Below, in pieces: positions 1 to 9,674 of a stretch of 64,000 nucleotides of DNA (position 1 is its first letter; the number at the start of each line of letters is the position of its first letter). The notes below the pieces were generated by a model. The model made no database searches, had not been told where the DNA came from, and was given only the letters and a program-made list of their open reading frames with translations. Source of the stretch: Candidatus Actinomarina sp. (GTDB lineage: Bacteria; Actinomycetota; Acidimicrobiia; Actinomarinales; Actinomarinaceae); contig JBJKUL010000001.1 of NCBI GenBank assembly GCA_045563135.1, forward strand, positions 598,650 through 662,649. The letters run 5' to 3'. A program made the position numbers and the translations under genes.

Positions 1-860
1 TTTCATCTGCTTCCAAGATTGAAGAACTCGGGTACGAATCTATATGGGTATATGATCACTTCCATACAGTGCCTACTCCTACTCAAGATCCAACTTATGA
101 ATGTTGGTCTTTAATGGCTGCCTTATCACAAACTACTTCTAAGGTCCGTTTGGGGCAAATGTGCACATGTAATTCATACAGAAATCCTGCTTATTTAACT
201 AAAGTTGCCTCAAACATAGATGTTATGTCAGGGGGAAGACTTGAATACGCTATTGGTGCTGGTTGGTATGATCAAGAATATAACGCCTACGGTTATGAAT
301 ACCCATCTGCTGGCACACGACTAAAAATGTTAGAAGAATCTCTAATTATTTATAAAAAAATGACTACAGAAGACGAAGCAACCTTTAAAGGTGAATACTA
401 TGAAATTAATAATGCAATTAATCAACCAAAACCACTCCAAAAACCACATCCCCCTTTATGGGTATGCGGCGGGGGTGAAAAAGTAACTTTAAAACTTCTT
501 GCAAAATATGGTGATTACGGCAATTGGGATGTCGACATTGAGGGGTTTAAACATAAATCAACCATTCTAAAACAGCATTGTGAGGATCAGAATCGAACCT
601 ATGATGAAATTGGAAGAACATTACATACAAATGTAATTATTGGAGAAAACCAAGCTGACTTAGATAGTAAATTAAATAAAATCTCTGAAATGACGTCCAT
701 TCCTACTGAAATGTATCTAAATAAACCGCTTGTTGGTCTTAAAAATGAAGTTTTTGAAAAACTAGATGAATTTGAATCCCATGGTTGTTCTTATTTGATA
801 GCTTATATAGCAGATATAACATGGGGAAATACAGTGGAGATACTTAAAGAGAAGCTCTAA
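1..860 (+). CDS. Luciferase-like (LLM class) flavin/F420-dependent oxidoreductase, 5' end outside the window
   Basis: The frame is open from position 3 (SSASKIEELGYESIWVYDHFHT...), upstream of the ORF-track GTG at 69. This is a typical LLM N-terminal region, and the ORF ends with TAA at 858-860. Confidence 0.75.
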   Translation, partial: SSASKIEELGYESIWVYDHFHTVPTPTQDPTYECWSLMAALSQTTSKVRLGQMCTCNSYRNPAYLTKVASNIDVMSGGRLEYAIGAGWYDQEYNAYGYEYPSAGTRLKMLEESLIIYKKMTTEDEATFKGEYYEINNAINQPKPLQKPHPPLWVCGGGEKVTLKLLAKYGDYGNWDVDIEGFKHKSTILKQHCEDQNRTYDEIGRTLHTNVIIGENQADLDSKLNKISEMTSIPTEMYLNKPLVGLKNEVFEKLDEFESHGCSYLIAYIADITWGNTVEILKEKL

Positions 861-865
861 AATAC

Positions 866-891
866 GGAAGCCCCCAATGAAGAGGGCTTCC
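866..891. terminator. 8-bp GC-rich hairpin between convergent genes
   Basis: GGAAGCCC (866-873) pairs with GGGCTTCC (884-891). A short U-run follows only on the minus-strand reading (gtatttt). Confidence 0.4.
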
Positions 892-966
892 CAACAGGGC
901 TGCGTATCACACTTAATTGAAACGCACTATAAGATTACCACGGCCTTTATCAAAAAGTAAAGTTAT

Positions 967-2703
967 TTAACCAAAACTAGGAGTTTTTGTATCTGGAACA
1001 AGAGATATCCATACTTTTCCTTTAGGAATAAATAATTCGTTACCATTTACATCTACAATATGAAAAGGATCAAGATTGGATCCTCTTTTCCAAAATGCAT
1101 CGAGTAATTTACCTTCATGTAGAATGATTGCTCTACCATTACCAACAGTTTTTACAGATGGTAATTGCAATGGATGGATATAAGGCTCACAAAATAATGC
1201 AATTACAGTAGTTGTAGAAATTTGTCCTTGGTTACCATTTACATCTATCCAATTGTGAATATTACCATCAGAACTACCTTTGTATGCGTCATAGTAAGTT
1301 CTAACATAATTCGAACCATTCCAAGTCCACGTAGTTCTAGTCTGTGAAGAAAACGCTAACGTAAGGTAGGAGTTATTAGACCAGCTAGTTAGAGAAGGTT
1401 CACCCCAAGCAAATAATGGTTGTGGGTTAACATCCTTCAAATACCCTCTTCTAACTGCAAGTTTTTTAAGTTTTTCTGTGTCTGCGTAAAGATTATGAGG
1501 AGCTTTTCTGTCTGAGATTCGAAAATACTCTGGTCTGGTATCTGTTATTACAGGAACACCAATATCTACTATTTCAGGAATTAAGCCTCCTGTTGCACCG
1601 CTGGCTACAAGAACCCCTCCAAGGGGTCTTAACACTGTAGGATCTGTAGGTCTAGCAGACCTTATTGGTCCATGATAAGTAGTATCACTTTGATAGAAAA
1701 TATTGATAAATCTTGTCATTCCGCCTTCTACAAGAACTTCAACTACAGCATCTGCATTCTGAGGTCCTGATTGAGGTCTAGCTCTAACATTATTGTCATT
1801 CTTTATCCCAATAACGATCGAATTGTTAGAACCAGGTGGCATAGGTAAACCATTAACTGGTGAATTTATTCCAGGTGTATAGTTTTGTGTATTAACTGGG
1901 CCTATAGATGTGTATGTTTTTTCCTTAGTTAAAGACCACCTAGCATCTAAATACGAATCTAATTCATTTTGTGAATTAACTTGAGCTATATTTCCAAATC
2001 GATAAACAAACACTGGATAAAAACACGGATCTGGAACCCAAACATCACTACTATTTACATAACCATCAGCACACTTAGCATTGGGATTATAGTTCCTTAA
2101 ATCGATCGCTGAATTTGATGGATTTGGTGTCGAAACTTCAATTGTATCTGCCTTTGAGTCAGCATCAATATACTCATTTGAGTATGCGTTTTCACCTTTA
2201 GATAGAGCTGCTAGTGTTTGTGGTCCAATAACACCATCGGGAGAAAGACCAGCTTTTGATTGAAATTCTTTAACAGCACGTTTCGTACCTGGACCATTTA
2301 TACCATCTATGCTGCTTGTATAAAGGCCAAGTTGTTTCAATATAATCTGAGCATCATTTATTTCCTGAGAAAATGAATCTACATTTTCTATCTTTTTTAA
2401 CTCAACTATGATTTTTTCTTTTTTTACTAATGTAGATTTGTTAAGTAATTTGTAGCAAGTTTCTGGTCCTAAGATTCCGTCCACTCCAGCATTATTACTA
2501 CGTTGAAAGTCTTTAAGGGCATTAAGGGAAAGTGGTCCTATCTCTCCATCAATTTCTCCTTTGTAATAATTGTATGACTTAAGCACGATCTGTAACATAA
2601 ATTCGTTTCTTACAGGATGATTTTCATATTCATCAACACATGAATAGTCGGCAGCAGGTTGGGAACTAAATAATAAAAGAGATAATATTATGGATTGAAA
2701 CAA
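967..2703 (-). CDS. DUF3048-family protein with two N-terminal peptidoglycan-binding (PG_binding_1-like) repeats
   Basis: Two repeats are present: GEIDGEIGPLSLNALKDFQRS..GVDGILGPET and IDGINGPGTKRAVKEFQSKAGLSPDGVIGPQT. The C-terminal core (RARPQSG..VEGGMTRF..GPIRSARPTDP..SGATGGLIP) is shared with the next gene. Confidence 0.7.
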   Translation of the reverse strand: MFQSIILSLLLFSSQPAADYSCVDEYENHPVRNEFMLQIVLKSYNYYKGEIDGEIGPLSLNALKDFQRSNNAGVDGILGPETCYKLLNKSTLVKKEKIIVELKKIENVDSFSQEINDAQIILKQLGLYTSSIDGINGPGTKRAVKEFQSKAGLSPDGVIGPQTLAALSKGENAYSNEYIDADSKADTIEVSTPNPSNSAIDLRNYNPNAKCADGYVNSSDVWVPDPCFYPVFVYRFGNIAQVNSQNELDSYLDARWSLTKEKTYTSIGPVNTQNYTPGINSPVNGLPMPPGSNNSIVIGIKNDNNVRARPQSGPQNADAVVEVLVEGGMTRFINIFYQSDTTYHGPIRSARPTDPTVLRPLGGVLVASGATGGLIPEIVDIGVPVITDTRPEYFRISDRKAPHNLYADTEKLKKLAVRRGYLKDVNPQPLFAWGEPSLTSWSNNSYLTLAFSSQTRTTWTWNGSNYVRTYYDAYKGSSDGNIHNWIDVNGNQGQISTTTVIALFCEPYIHPLQLPSVKTVGNGRAIILHEGKLLDAFWKRGSNLDPFHIVDVNGNELFIPKGKVWISLVPDTKTPSFG

Positions 2704-3819
2704 TTAACTATTGTTCCAAGTAATTTCTCCTGAAGTAGGAACTATATGTACCCACTGTGAACTTGGAGGTACATTTATTGGTGCTTGATTAGAATCTGTA
2801 AATGTAAACGGTTCTTTTATATCGTTTCTTCTCCATGTTCCTTGTATTAAGTTACCATTATTAAAAATTGTAACTGGGCCTACACCTACAGTTAGAATGC
2901 TTGGAAGGGTTGTGTTTTCATCGTTATAAAGAGGACCTTGAATAACAACTATTGTCTCTGTCTTTAAAATATCTGTATAGTTTCCGTCTTGTGATATAAA
3001 ATTATGAGCAACAGCTTCCTTGTTTTGTGAATATCCATCAATAATAAATCTTTCATAATTACCGTCTCCCAATTTCCAAATAACTGTCGAAAATTCACTA
3101 TATTTTATAGTTACCCTAGCTGCTCCATCTTCCCAATTAGTTTGATCATTGCCAAATTCATACAGAGGTTCAGGTCCTGGTTGTAGGAAATAATATCCTT
3201 TATCTGTAATAACATCCCTAACAAGTTCTGTATCAGCATAAAGGTTATGTGGTGCATTTCTGTTTGAAATTCTAAACATAGCTGGTGCTGAAGTTTCTTC
3301 TAAAACTGGCACACCAGATTCTCTAATGGTTGGAATTAATCCACCAGTTGCTCCAGATACTATTAGAGTACCGCCAAATGGTCTGATAACAGTAGGATCT
3401 GTTGGTCTAGCAGAACGTATAGGTCCTAAATAACTTGATGATTTATCGTGGAAAAAGGCGAGAAATCTTGTCATTCCACCCTCTACTAAGATCTCAAATA
3501 TCGCATCAGCTTCTTGGAGTCCTGATTGGGGCCTTGCATTAATATTATTATCAACTTTAAAAGCTAGGACTCTTCGTGGTCTTTTTAACCATAATTCTGG
3601 AGCTATTTCTAATCCAGTAAGGGCTGACATTCTTTCTACGTCAAAGACATATTCCTCCACTACTTCTTCAGGTTTATCTGCTGACTTTTGAGTTGTGGTT
3701 GTTATTTGATTATCAGTTACTGTTGTTGAGGTATTATCTGTCTCTATATCGACTACTTCACTTGTTGAAGAACATGCAATAAGAATTATAGAAAGTAAAA
3801 GTAAGTAAAACTTTTTCAT
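2704..3819 (-). CDS. DUF3048-family lipoprotein, tandem paralog of the previous gene
   Basis: It has a signal peptide with lipobox LIAC|SS and the same conserved core (NARPQSGLQEADAIFEILVEGGMTRF...GPIRSARPTDPTVIRPFGG...SGATGGLIP). Its start abuts the stop of the downstream paralog. Confidence 0.7.
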   Translation of the reverse strand: MKKFYLLLLSIILIACSSTSEVVDIETDNTSTTVTDNQITTTTQKSADKPEEVVEEYVFDVERMSALTGLEIAPELWLKRPRRVLAFKVDNNINARPQSGLQEADAIFEILVEGGMTRFLAFFHDKSSSYLGPIRSARPTDPTVIRPFGGTLIVSGATGGLIPTIRESGVPVLEETSAPAMFRISNRNAPHNLYADTELVRDVITDKGYYFLQPGPEPLYEFGNDQTNWEDGAARVTIKYSEFSTVIWKLGDGNYERFIIDGYSQNKEAVAHNFISQDGNYTDILKTETIVVIQGPLYNDENTTLPSILTVGVGPVTIFNNGNLIQGTWRRNDIKEPFTFTDSNQAPINVPPSSQWVHIVPTSGEITWNNS

Positions 3820-3823
3820 ATTG

Positions 3824-5467
3824 TTATATTAGTGCTGAAAAAATTAACTTTATAAGGTTTCTTTTAGAATTATCAATTTGATAATACGTAAGATTTTTAA
3901 ATACTCGGGCCCCCTTCTTATTTGAGGTAAACCATACAGGATCAATAAAAGGTAATTTAAATTTAGAATAAAGAACTCCCTTTTGCGGGGATTCAAAGAA
4001 AAATGCATTATGTACATAACCTTGTCCACTTTGTATATCTGAGTCCTTGTTTCCAGGAAAACCACCCCAGGGCATTGTGGGAATAATAAAACCCAATGCT
4101 GGCCATTCATTAATTGCCACTGTTCCATAATCTAAATTATCGATATAATTTTTGAGAATATGTTCATTTTTTTTAGATGAATAGTTTTTAATTAGAACAG
4201 CAATGCCAAGGTTTCCCCATAGGTCGTGGGTGACATAACTTATTGCTTTATTAGAGAAATCTGTTTCGTCTTCGTATTCAATTTCTTTAAAAAATAGTGT
4301 TGAAGACCAGACTTCATTATTTTCGAAGTGATCATTAACTTCTAGATCTTTTGTTAAATGTGGTGTTGCACAAGATAAGTCATTTACTTGTGTGAACTTA
4401 TTATCGGATTTTAATGTTGTAAGTGTTTCAATACTATTTGGATAATAGGCTAAACGGTCCTTCTCTTTAGAAAGTTGTTTTTTAATTTCATGTATTAACG
4501 ATGGTGTATGTCTCCAGTCTTTAGGTAAAACAATTACTTGAGCTGCTATACAATTAAATCCATTATTGTTTAGTTTTGCTGTTGCTATTTTCCGAGCTTG
4601 ATATTTTATTTCAGATTTACTCCAATTTCCTGGATGTATTATAAAAGGAGTTACATTGCCTAATTCAGTTGTGAAGGGTTTTTTATTTAATTTTTGTAAT
4701 GTTTTTTTACCTTTATCACTCTCTGACAGCAACCTACCGTAAACTATATTCTCGTAAGTTTTATCAGATCCTGTTAGATGCATATTTGTTACCCCAGCAT
4801 GATTAGTCATATATTGTGAAATATCTATATTCCCTTTTGTAACAATCATGAATCCTTTATTTATAAAGTTTTCGAAAACTTTTTCAAACACTGGTAGAAG
4901 ATAATCATTAACTGGATTTAGCTTAAGCAAAATAGTATGTCTGTTGACAACCATGTCATAGATCGTATCTAGAAGTGGTATTGATGAAACGTTACCTGCA
5001 CCAAGTATTAGAGTTATCCCCTTTTTAAATCCTAATCTGTTACCAAATCCTCTTGTTTCAACTATTGTTTTAGGCGTCATGTTTTTATTAAAATGAACAT
5101 CAGCCTTGATAAAAGGAAATAATAATTTTTCTATATTTTTATTTGGAAAAACTTGGATTCTATTGTTTTTAATCCGAGCTTCATTAACTAAAGATGCATT
5201 ATCTGAAGTTAAATAATCTATATAATACTGAAGCCCTATTGTTGAAGCAAAAGGGCCTCCTAACCACTCTTCTCCTTCAGCAACAGTATTCTTTACCCCT
5301 TTATTGTCTGAGCCAATTGTTGCCCAGAAATATGCTACACCTTTAATGTTTTGAATTGACTCCTCAAACATAGAAGCTAATTCTTTATTTGATAGTTCTG
5401 AAAAAGCTTGAGAATTTAACCGTAAAGTTGCTATATTTCTATCTACTTCTAAGGTTGAAACTGCCAT
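3824..5467 (-). CDS. Aldehyde dehydrogenase family protein
   Basis: It is 547 aa with the ALDH catalytic motifs ELGNVTPFII (Glu motif) and NNGFNCIAAQ (Cys motif). Confidence 0.75.
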   Translation of the reverse strand: MAVSTLEVDRNIATLRLNSQAFSELSNKELASMFEESIQNIKGVAYFWATIGSDNKGVKNTVAEGEEWLGGPFASTIGLQYYIDYLTSDNASLVNEARIKNNRIQVFPNKNIEKLLFPFIKADVHFNKNMTPKTIVETRGFGNRLGFKKGITLILGAGNVSSIPLLDTIYDMVVNRHTILLKLNPVNDYLLPVFEKVFENFINKGFMIVTKGNIDISQYMTNHAGVTNMHLTGSDKTYENIVYGRLLSESDKGKKTLQKLNKKPFTTELGNVTPFIIHPGNWSKSEIKYQARKIATAKLNNNGFNCIAAQVIVLPKDWRHTPSLIHEIKKQLSKEKDRLAYYPNSIETLTTLKSDNKFTQVNDLSCATPHLTKDLEVNDHFENNEVWSSTLFFKEIEYEDETDFSNKAISYVTHDLWGNLGIAVLIKNYSSKKNEHILKNYIDNLDYGTVAINEWPALGFIIPTMPWGGFPGNKDSDIQSGQGYVHNAFFFESPQKGVLYSKFKLPFIDPVWFTSNKKGARVFKNLTYYQIDNSKRNLIKLIFSALI

Positions 5468-5476
5468 ACCAACAGT

Positions 5477-6982
5477 CTATTCAGTTAATTCAAGAAGTTC
5501 AAAATCTCCCCAGTGGACAGTAAGGTGTTTTGCAGGAATTAACTCATTGGGTCTACCTACAGGTAAGTTTTTAGGATAATCCGCAAGATTCACGCCTGGT
5601 GCTGATAATTCTTCAACTATAAGTTTAATACTTTCAGCTAGATCATCTAAAGTTTCAACGGTTTGAGTTTCAGTTGGTTCAAACATTAATGCTTCTTCAA
5701 CGATTAATGGAAAGTAAATTGTTGGAGAGTGAAACCCCTTGTCTAATAGAGCTTTTCCCACATCGTAAGCCTTTATTTTGTGAGATTTTTTGAGATCTTT
5801 TACAGTAGCAACGAATTCATGCATGCATGGTTCATCATATGCTAATGGAAGATATTTAGAAACTTTAGAGCTAAGATATCTGGCATTCAGAACAGCATAA
5901 GCACCAAGTGTATCAAGTCCTTCCTTACCTAATAGTTTCATGTATACGAGAGCACGTAAAGCAACTAAAAAATTGCCATGGTAACCGTGCATTCTGCCAA
6001 TACTAAATTTTGGTTTATACCAGTCATATTTTTCATTATCTTTTATGACAATCGGACCAGGTAGATACTCTCTTAGAAAATCTTTTACAGCAACAGGTCC
6101 AGAACCAGGTCCACCACCTCCATGAGGTGTTGCGAAGGTTTTATGTAAATTAGAATGCACTATATCAAAGCCCATATCCCCCGGTCTGCAAACACCAACT
6201 ATTGCATTTAAATTAGCTCCATCATAATATAACAAACCTCCGGCATCATGAATTATGTTTGATATTGTAAGAATTTCCTCTTCAAATAGCCCACCTGTGT
6301 TTGGATTGGTAAGCATTAATCCAGCAGTATTTTGGTTAACAAGTGATCGCAAATCTTCAATATTAACCATTCCACGTTCATCTGTTGCGACTTCAACTAC
6401 ATTAAAACCTGCCATTTTTGCAGATGCTGGATTGGTGCCATGAGCAGAATCAGGAACAATAATGTCAACTTTGTGTTCTAAATTTTGTTGTTCTAGATAT
6501 TTTTTTATAATTAATAAACCAGTGAGTTCCCCAGAAGCACCAGCAGGAGGTTGGAAACTTGCGTGATCCATTCCAGTAATTTCAATAAGATAGCTTTCTA
6601 AAATATTAAGAATTTTTAATGACCCTTGTGTAAATTCTGAGGGGGTCGCTGGATGAGTATTTGAATAATTTGGAATTGAAGCTACATAATCTGCAAATCT
6701 TGGATTATATTTCATCGTACAAGAGCCTAAAGGATAAAAACCAAGGTCAACTGCGAAGTTTCTATGTGCTAAGCGTGAATAATGCATCACTAGGTCATGT
6801 TCAGAGACTTCAGGAAGTGGAGCCTTTTCATTCTTAATAGCAGGATGATTTAAATCTACTTCAGGAACATCTAATTTAGGATATTTAGAGGCTCTTCTGC
6901 CTGGTCTAGAAAGTTCTCTTATAGTAGGTTCAGCACTACCTCCAACTAAAGGTAGTGAACTTGCATTACCACCGCTAACCAT
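5477..6982 (-). CDS. gcvPB: Glycine dehydrogenase (decarboxylating) subunit 2
   Basis: It shows strong P-protein subunit 2 similarity (HSNLHKTFATPHGGGGPG, the PLP-lysine region). It sits in an operon with gcvPA/T/H and overlaps gcvPA by 8 nt. Confidence 0.9.
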   Translation of the reverse strand: MVSGGNASSLPLVGGSAEPTIRELSRPGRRASKYPKLDVPEVDLNHPAIKNEKAPLPEVSEHDLVMHYSRLAHRNFAVDLGFYPLGSCTMKYNPRFADYVASIPNYSNTHPATPSEFTQGSLKILNILESYLIEITGMDHASFQPPAGASGELTGLLIIKKYLEQQNLEHKVDIIVPDSAHGTNPASAKMAGFNVVEVATDERGMVNIEDLRSLVNQNTAGLMLTNPNTGGLFEEEILTISNIIHDAGGLLYYDGANLNAIVGVCRPGDMGFDIVHSNLHKTFATPHGGGGPGSGPVAVKDFLREYLPGPIVIKDNEKYDWYKPKFSIGRMHGYHGNFLVALRALVYMKLLGKEGLDTLGAYAVLNARYLSSKVSKYLPLAYDEPCMHEFVATVKDLKKSHKIKAYDVGKALLDKGFHSPTIYFPLIVEEALMFEPTETQTVETLDDLAESIKLIVEELSAPGVNLADYPKNLPVGRPNELIPAKHLTVHWGDFELLELTE

Positions 6983-8282
6983 TGTTGACCTCCGTAAAAA
7001 GTTTTAAATAGTCATCTATTTCTTTTTTAGTTCTTTTTTCTGTAACAGCAACCAATAATTCATTATCTGAGTATTTAATTCCAGCTAAAATACCATTACT
7101 ACCCATATATGTTAAGACGTTTGAAACAGGAACTTTAGTTTCAACTAGGAACTCTCTTAAAGATGATTCATCATTTTTAAGTTTAAATCCTGATTTTTTT
7201 AATTCATTTTTCATATATGTTGCTTTTTGTATAGCTTGGTATCCAACTTGATAAATACCCTCAGGTCCCATCCAGGATAGATGTATCGCAGATCCGATTG
7301 CGTTTAAGGTTTGATTGGTGCAAATATTTGAAGATGCTTTTTCACGACGAATATCTTGCTCTCTAGCTCTTAGTGTCATAACGTAAGTTTTCTTATGATT
7401 ATTATCAATAGTCTCACCTATAATTCTTCCAGGTACTAATCTCGCTAAATCTTTTTTAGTAGCAAACCAGCCCACTGTTGGTCCTCCAAAAGATAACGGA
7501 GTACCTATAGATTGTCCTTCGGCTACAACTATATCGAAACCCATGGAACCAGGTGTTTTAAGAACTCCTAACATAGAAGGATCCACATAGCATATTGTTA
7601 TTATTCCCTTGTCTTGTGCTTTTTTGACTAGTTCAGTTAAGTCTTGAGCAGAACCTTCATAGTGAGGAAATGAAACAACAAATGCGGCATCTTGATCAGT
7701 AAATTCATACTCTTCTGGAAAAAGATAATTTTCTAATTGCACATATTTTAAATTAAATTTTTTAGAGTCAATTAATGTATTGATTACTTCTTTGCTGTTT
7801 GGGTTAAAACCACTGGAAACAACAACATTGTCACGTTTAGTTTTGTTTATAGCTACAGATATAGCTTCAGCTATTGAGGTAGCTCCGTCGTAAAGGGATG
7901 CATTTGCTAATTCCATTTCTGTTAAATCGCAAACAAGAGATTGAAATTCAAATAAGACCTGAAGTATTCCTTGAGAAATTTCTGCTTGGTAAGGAGTATA
8001 TGATGTCATAAACTCAGGTCTCATAGTGAGGGATTTTACTGTGGGAGGAAGATAAACATCGTAGTGTCCACCGCCAGCAAAACATGTAAGAGATGATGTG
8101 TTAAGTGATGCAATATCTTCAAAGTAGTCTGTAGCTTCTAGCTCTGATAAAGAGTCTTCAACATCTAATCCATTCTTGATAAGAAGTTCATCAGGGATGT
8201 GGGCAAATAAGTCATCAAGTGAAGAAATTTTTAATTCTTCAAAAATAATGTTTAAATCTATATTTGAGTGAGGAACGAACAT
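6975..8282 (-). CDS. gcvPA: Glycine dehydrogenase (decarboxylating) subunit 1
   Basis: It shows P-protein subunit 1 similarity (FMTSYTPYQAEISQG, REQDIRREKASSNICTNQ). Its start overlaps the gcvT stop by 1 nt. Confidence 0.9.
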   Translation of the reverse strand: MFVPHSNIDLNIIFEELKISSLDDLFAHIPDELLIKNGLDVEDSLSELEATDYFEDIASLNTSSLTCFAGGGHYDVYLPPTVKSLTMRPEFMTSYTPYQAEISQGILQVLFEFQSLVCDLTEMELANASLYDGATSIAEAISVAINKTKRDNVVVSSGFNPNSKEVINTLIDSKKFNLKYVQLENYLFPEEYEFTDQDAAFVVSFPHYEGSAQDLTELVKKAQDKGIITICYVDPSMLGVLKTPGSMGFDIVVAEGQSIGTPLSFGGPTVGWFATKKDLARLVPGRIIGETIDNNHKKTYVMTLRAREQDIRREKASSNICTNQTLNAIGSAIHLSWMGPEGIYQVGYQAIQKATYMKNELKKSGFKLKNDESSLREFLVETKVPVSNVLTYMGSNGILAGIKYSDNELLVAVTEKRTKKEIDDYLKLFTEVNNG

Positions 8283-9304
8283 TAACTTAAAAACCTTTTC
8301 TTCATAATTTTACCTTCAACCAATTTACCACGGATATCAAATTCTAATAAATCAGTTGAAGGTTGGTTTTTGAACAAAGCAAAACCAATTGACTTTTTAA
8401 GAATTGGAGAATAGTTACCAGATGTTACAACTCCAGGAACACTCCCTGCTTTAACATTTGTGCCCGTTCTGGCTATCGACCTAGAGTCAATAGTAAATTT
8501 TTTTAAAATCTGGTGATTACCAGAACTTATTTGTTCCTTGATAACATCAGAACCTAAAAAGTCATTTTTATTAGAGACTGTCCATTTTAAACCAGCTTCT
8601 ATTGGTGTAATATCTTGTGACAGCTCAAAGCCATACAAAGGTAGGGATGCTTCTAGACGAAGTGTATCTCTCGCTCCAAGACCACAAGGTTTTGCTTCAC
8701 TTGAGGTAAGAAAATTCATCAAATTCTCTAAGTTATCAAGAGAAACCATTATCTCTAAACCTTCTTCACCTGTATAGCCAGTCCTAGCGTATGTATAGTG
8801 ATCGGTCTTTATACAAGAAAATACATTTGGTATTTCTATTAAATTACTCATAAGATTTAGTGAGTTTGGTCCTTGAACTGCTATCAATGCTGTTGATTCT
8901 GTAATTACATTTATTGAAATTGAGTGTTCTTTTAAGTGGTTAATAACTTTTGTTGAATTAGCTGCATTGCAAATTAGAACAATGTGATCACTAAATTTCC
9001 AAAATATAACGTCATCTATTGCACAACCATTACTGTCTGTAAATATTGAATACAGTGCTTTACCTTCATTTAAATTTTCGATATCTGAACATATTAATTT
9101 GCTGAGTTTATCAATCTCTGTACTTTGAATTTCGATTCTTCCCATGTGAGATACATCAAAGAAACCGTTATCAGTGCGCACGTAATTATGTTCTTTTATT
9201 GTTCCATCATAAGAAAATGGCATTGACCAACCAGCAAAGTCTATAAATTTTGCTTTATTTTTAACGTGGTATGTATGTAGTGGAGATAATAAAGAATCTG
9301 GCAT
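8282..9304 (-). CDS. gcvT: Glycine cleavage system aminomethyltransferase T
   Basis: T-protein motifs are present: FAGWSMPFSY, FDVSHMG, ARDTLRLEA. Confidence 0.9.
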   Translation of the reverse strand: MPDSLLSPLHTYHVKNKAKFIDFAGWSMPFSYDGTIKEHNYVRTDNGFFDVSHMGRIEIQSTEIDKLSKLICSDIENLNEGKALYSIFTDSNGCAIDDVIFWKFSDHIVLICNAANSTKVINHLKEHSISINVITESTALIAVQGPNSLNLMSNLIEIPNVFSCIKTDHYTYARTGYTGEEGLEIMVSLDNLENLMNFLTSSEAKPCGLGARDTLRLEASLPLYGFELSQDITPIEAGLKWTVSNKNDFLGSDVIKEQISSGNHQILKKFTIDSRSIARTGTNVKAGSVPGVVTSGNYSPILKKSIGFALFKNQPSTDLLEFDIRGKLVEGKIMKKRFLS

Positions 9305-9667
9305 TTAAGAAATAAATGTTTCATACTCTTGATAAAGCATGCCAGTATCTTCAAGATTCTTTACTTCAGCTTTAACCATCCATCCATCTCCACACGGATC
9401 AGTGTTGATAACTTCTGGCTCAGATTCTAATCTTGCATTAACTTCGGTAATAACACAATCCATAGGAGCATATGCTTCAGCTACAGTTTTGGTTGCTTCA
9501 ACTTCTACCATTGAATCCCCTTTTGAAAATTCATCTCCTACCTCGGGTAAGGTTACAAAAACTATGTCACCTAATTCACCCTGAGCATAATCAGAAATTC
9601 CTATTGTTATTGTGTTTTCAGAAAGCGAATACCACTCATGTGTTTCTAAATATTTTTTTTCAGTCAT
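9305..9667 (-). CDS. gcvH: Glycine cleavage system H protein
   Basis: It is 120 aa with the lipoyl-lysine motif VEATKTVAE and directly abuts gcvT. Confidence 0.9.
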   Translation of the reverse strand: MTEKKYLETHEWYSLSENTITIGISDYAQGELGDIVFVTLPEVGDEFSKGDSMVEVEATKTVAEAYAPMDCVITEVNARLESEPEVINTDPCGDGWMVKAEVKNLEDTGMLYQEYETFIS

Positions 9668-9674
9668 AAATCTC

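Noticed and set aside
3850-4128. Nested or antisense ORFs of 60-120 aa lie inside well-supported genes, for example 3850-4128, 6255-6443, 8538-8777, 9339-9669, 12305-12661, 15392-15643, 35067-35608 and 49173-49490.
   Set aside because: Each lies wholly within a gene that has clear family motifs, and each shows no motifs of its own along with biased composition. I treat them as spurious.
9668-9674. I expected a glycine riboswitch upstream of the gcv operon.
   Set aside because: Only 7 nt separate gcvH from the upstream SDR gene, and 24 nt separate that gene from the beta-glucosidase gene. There is no room for a riboswitch in this window.
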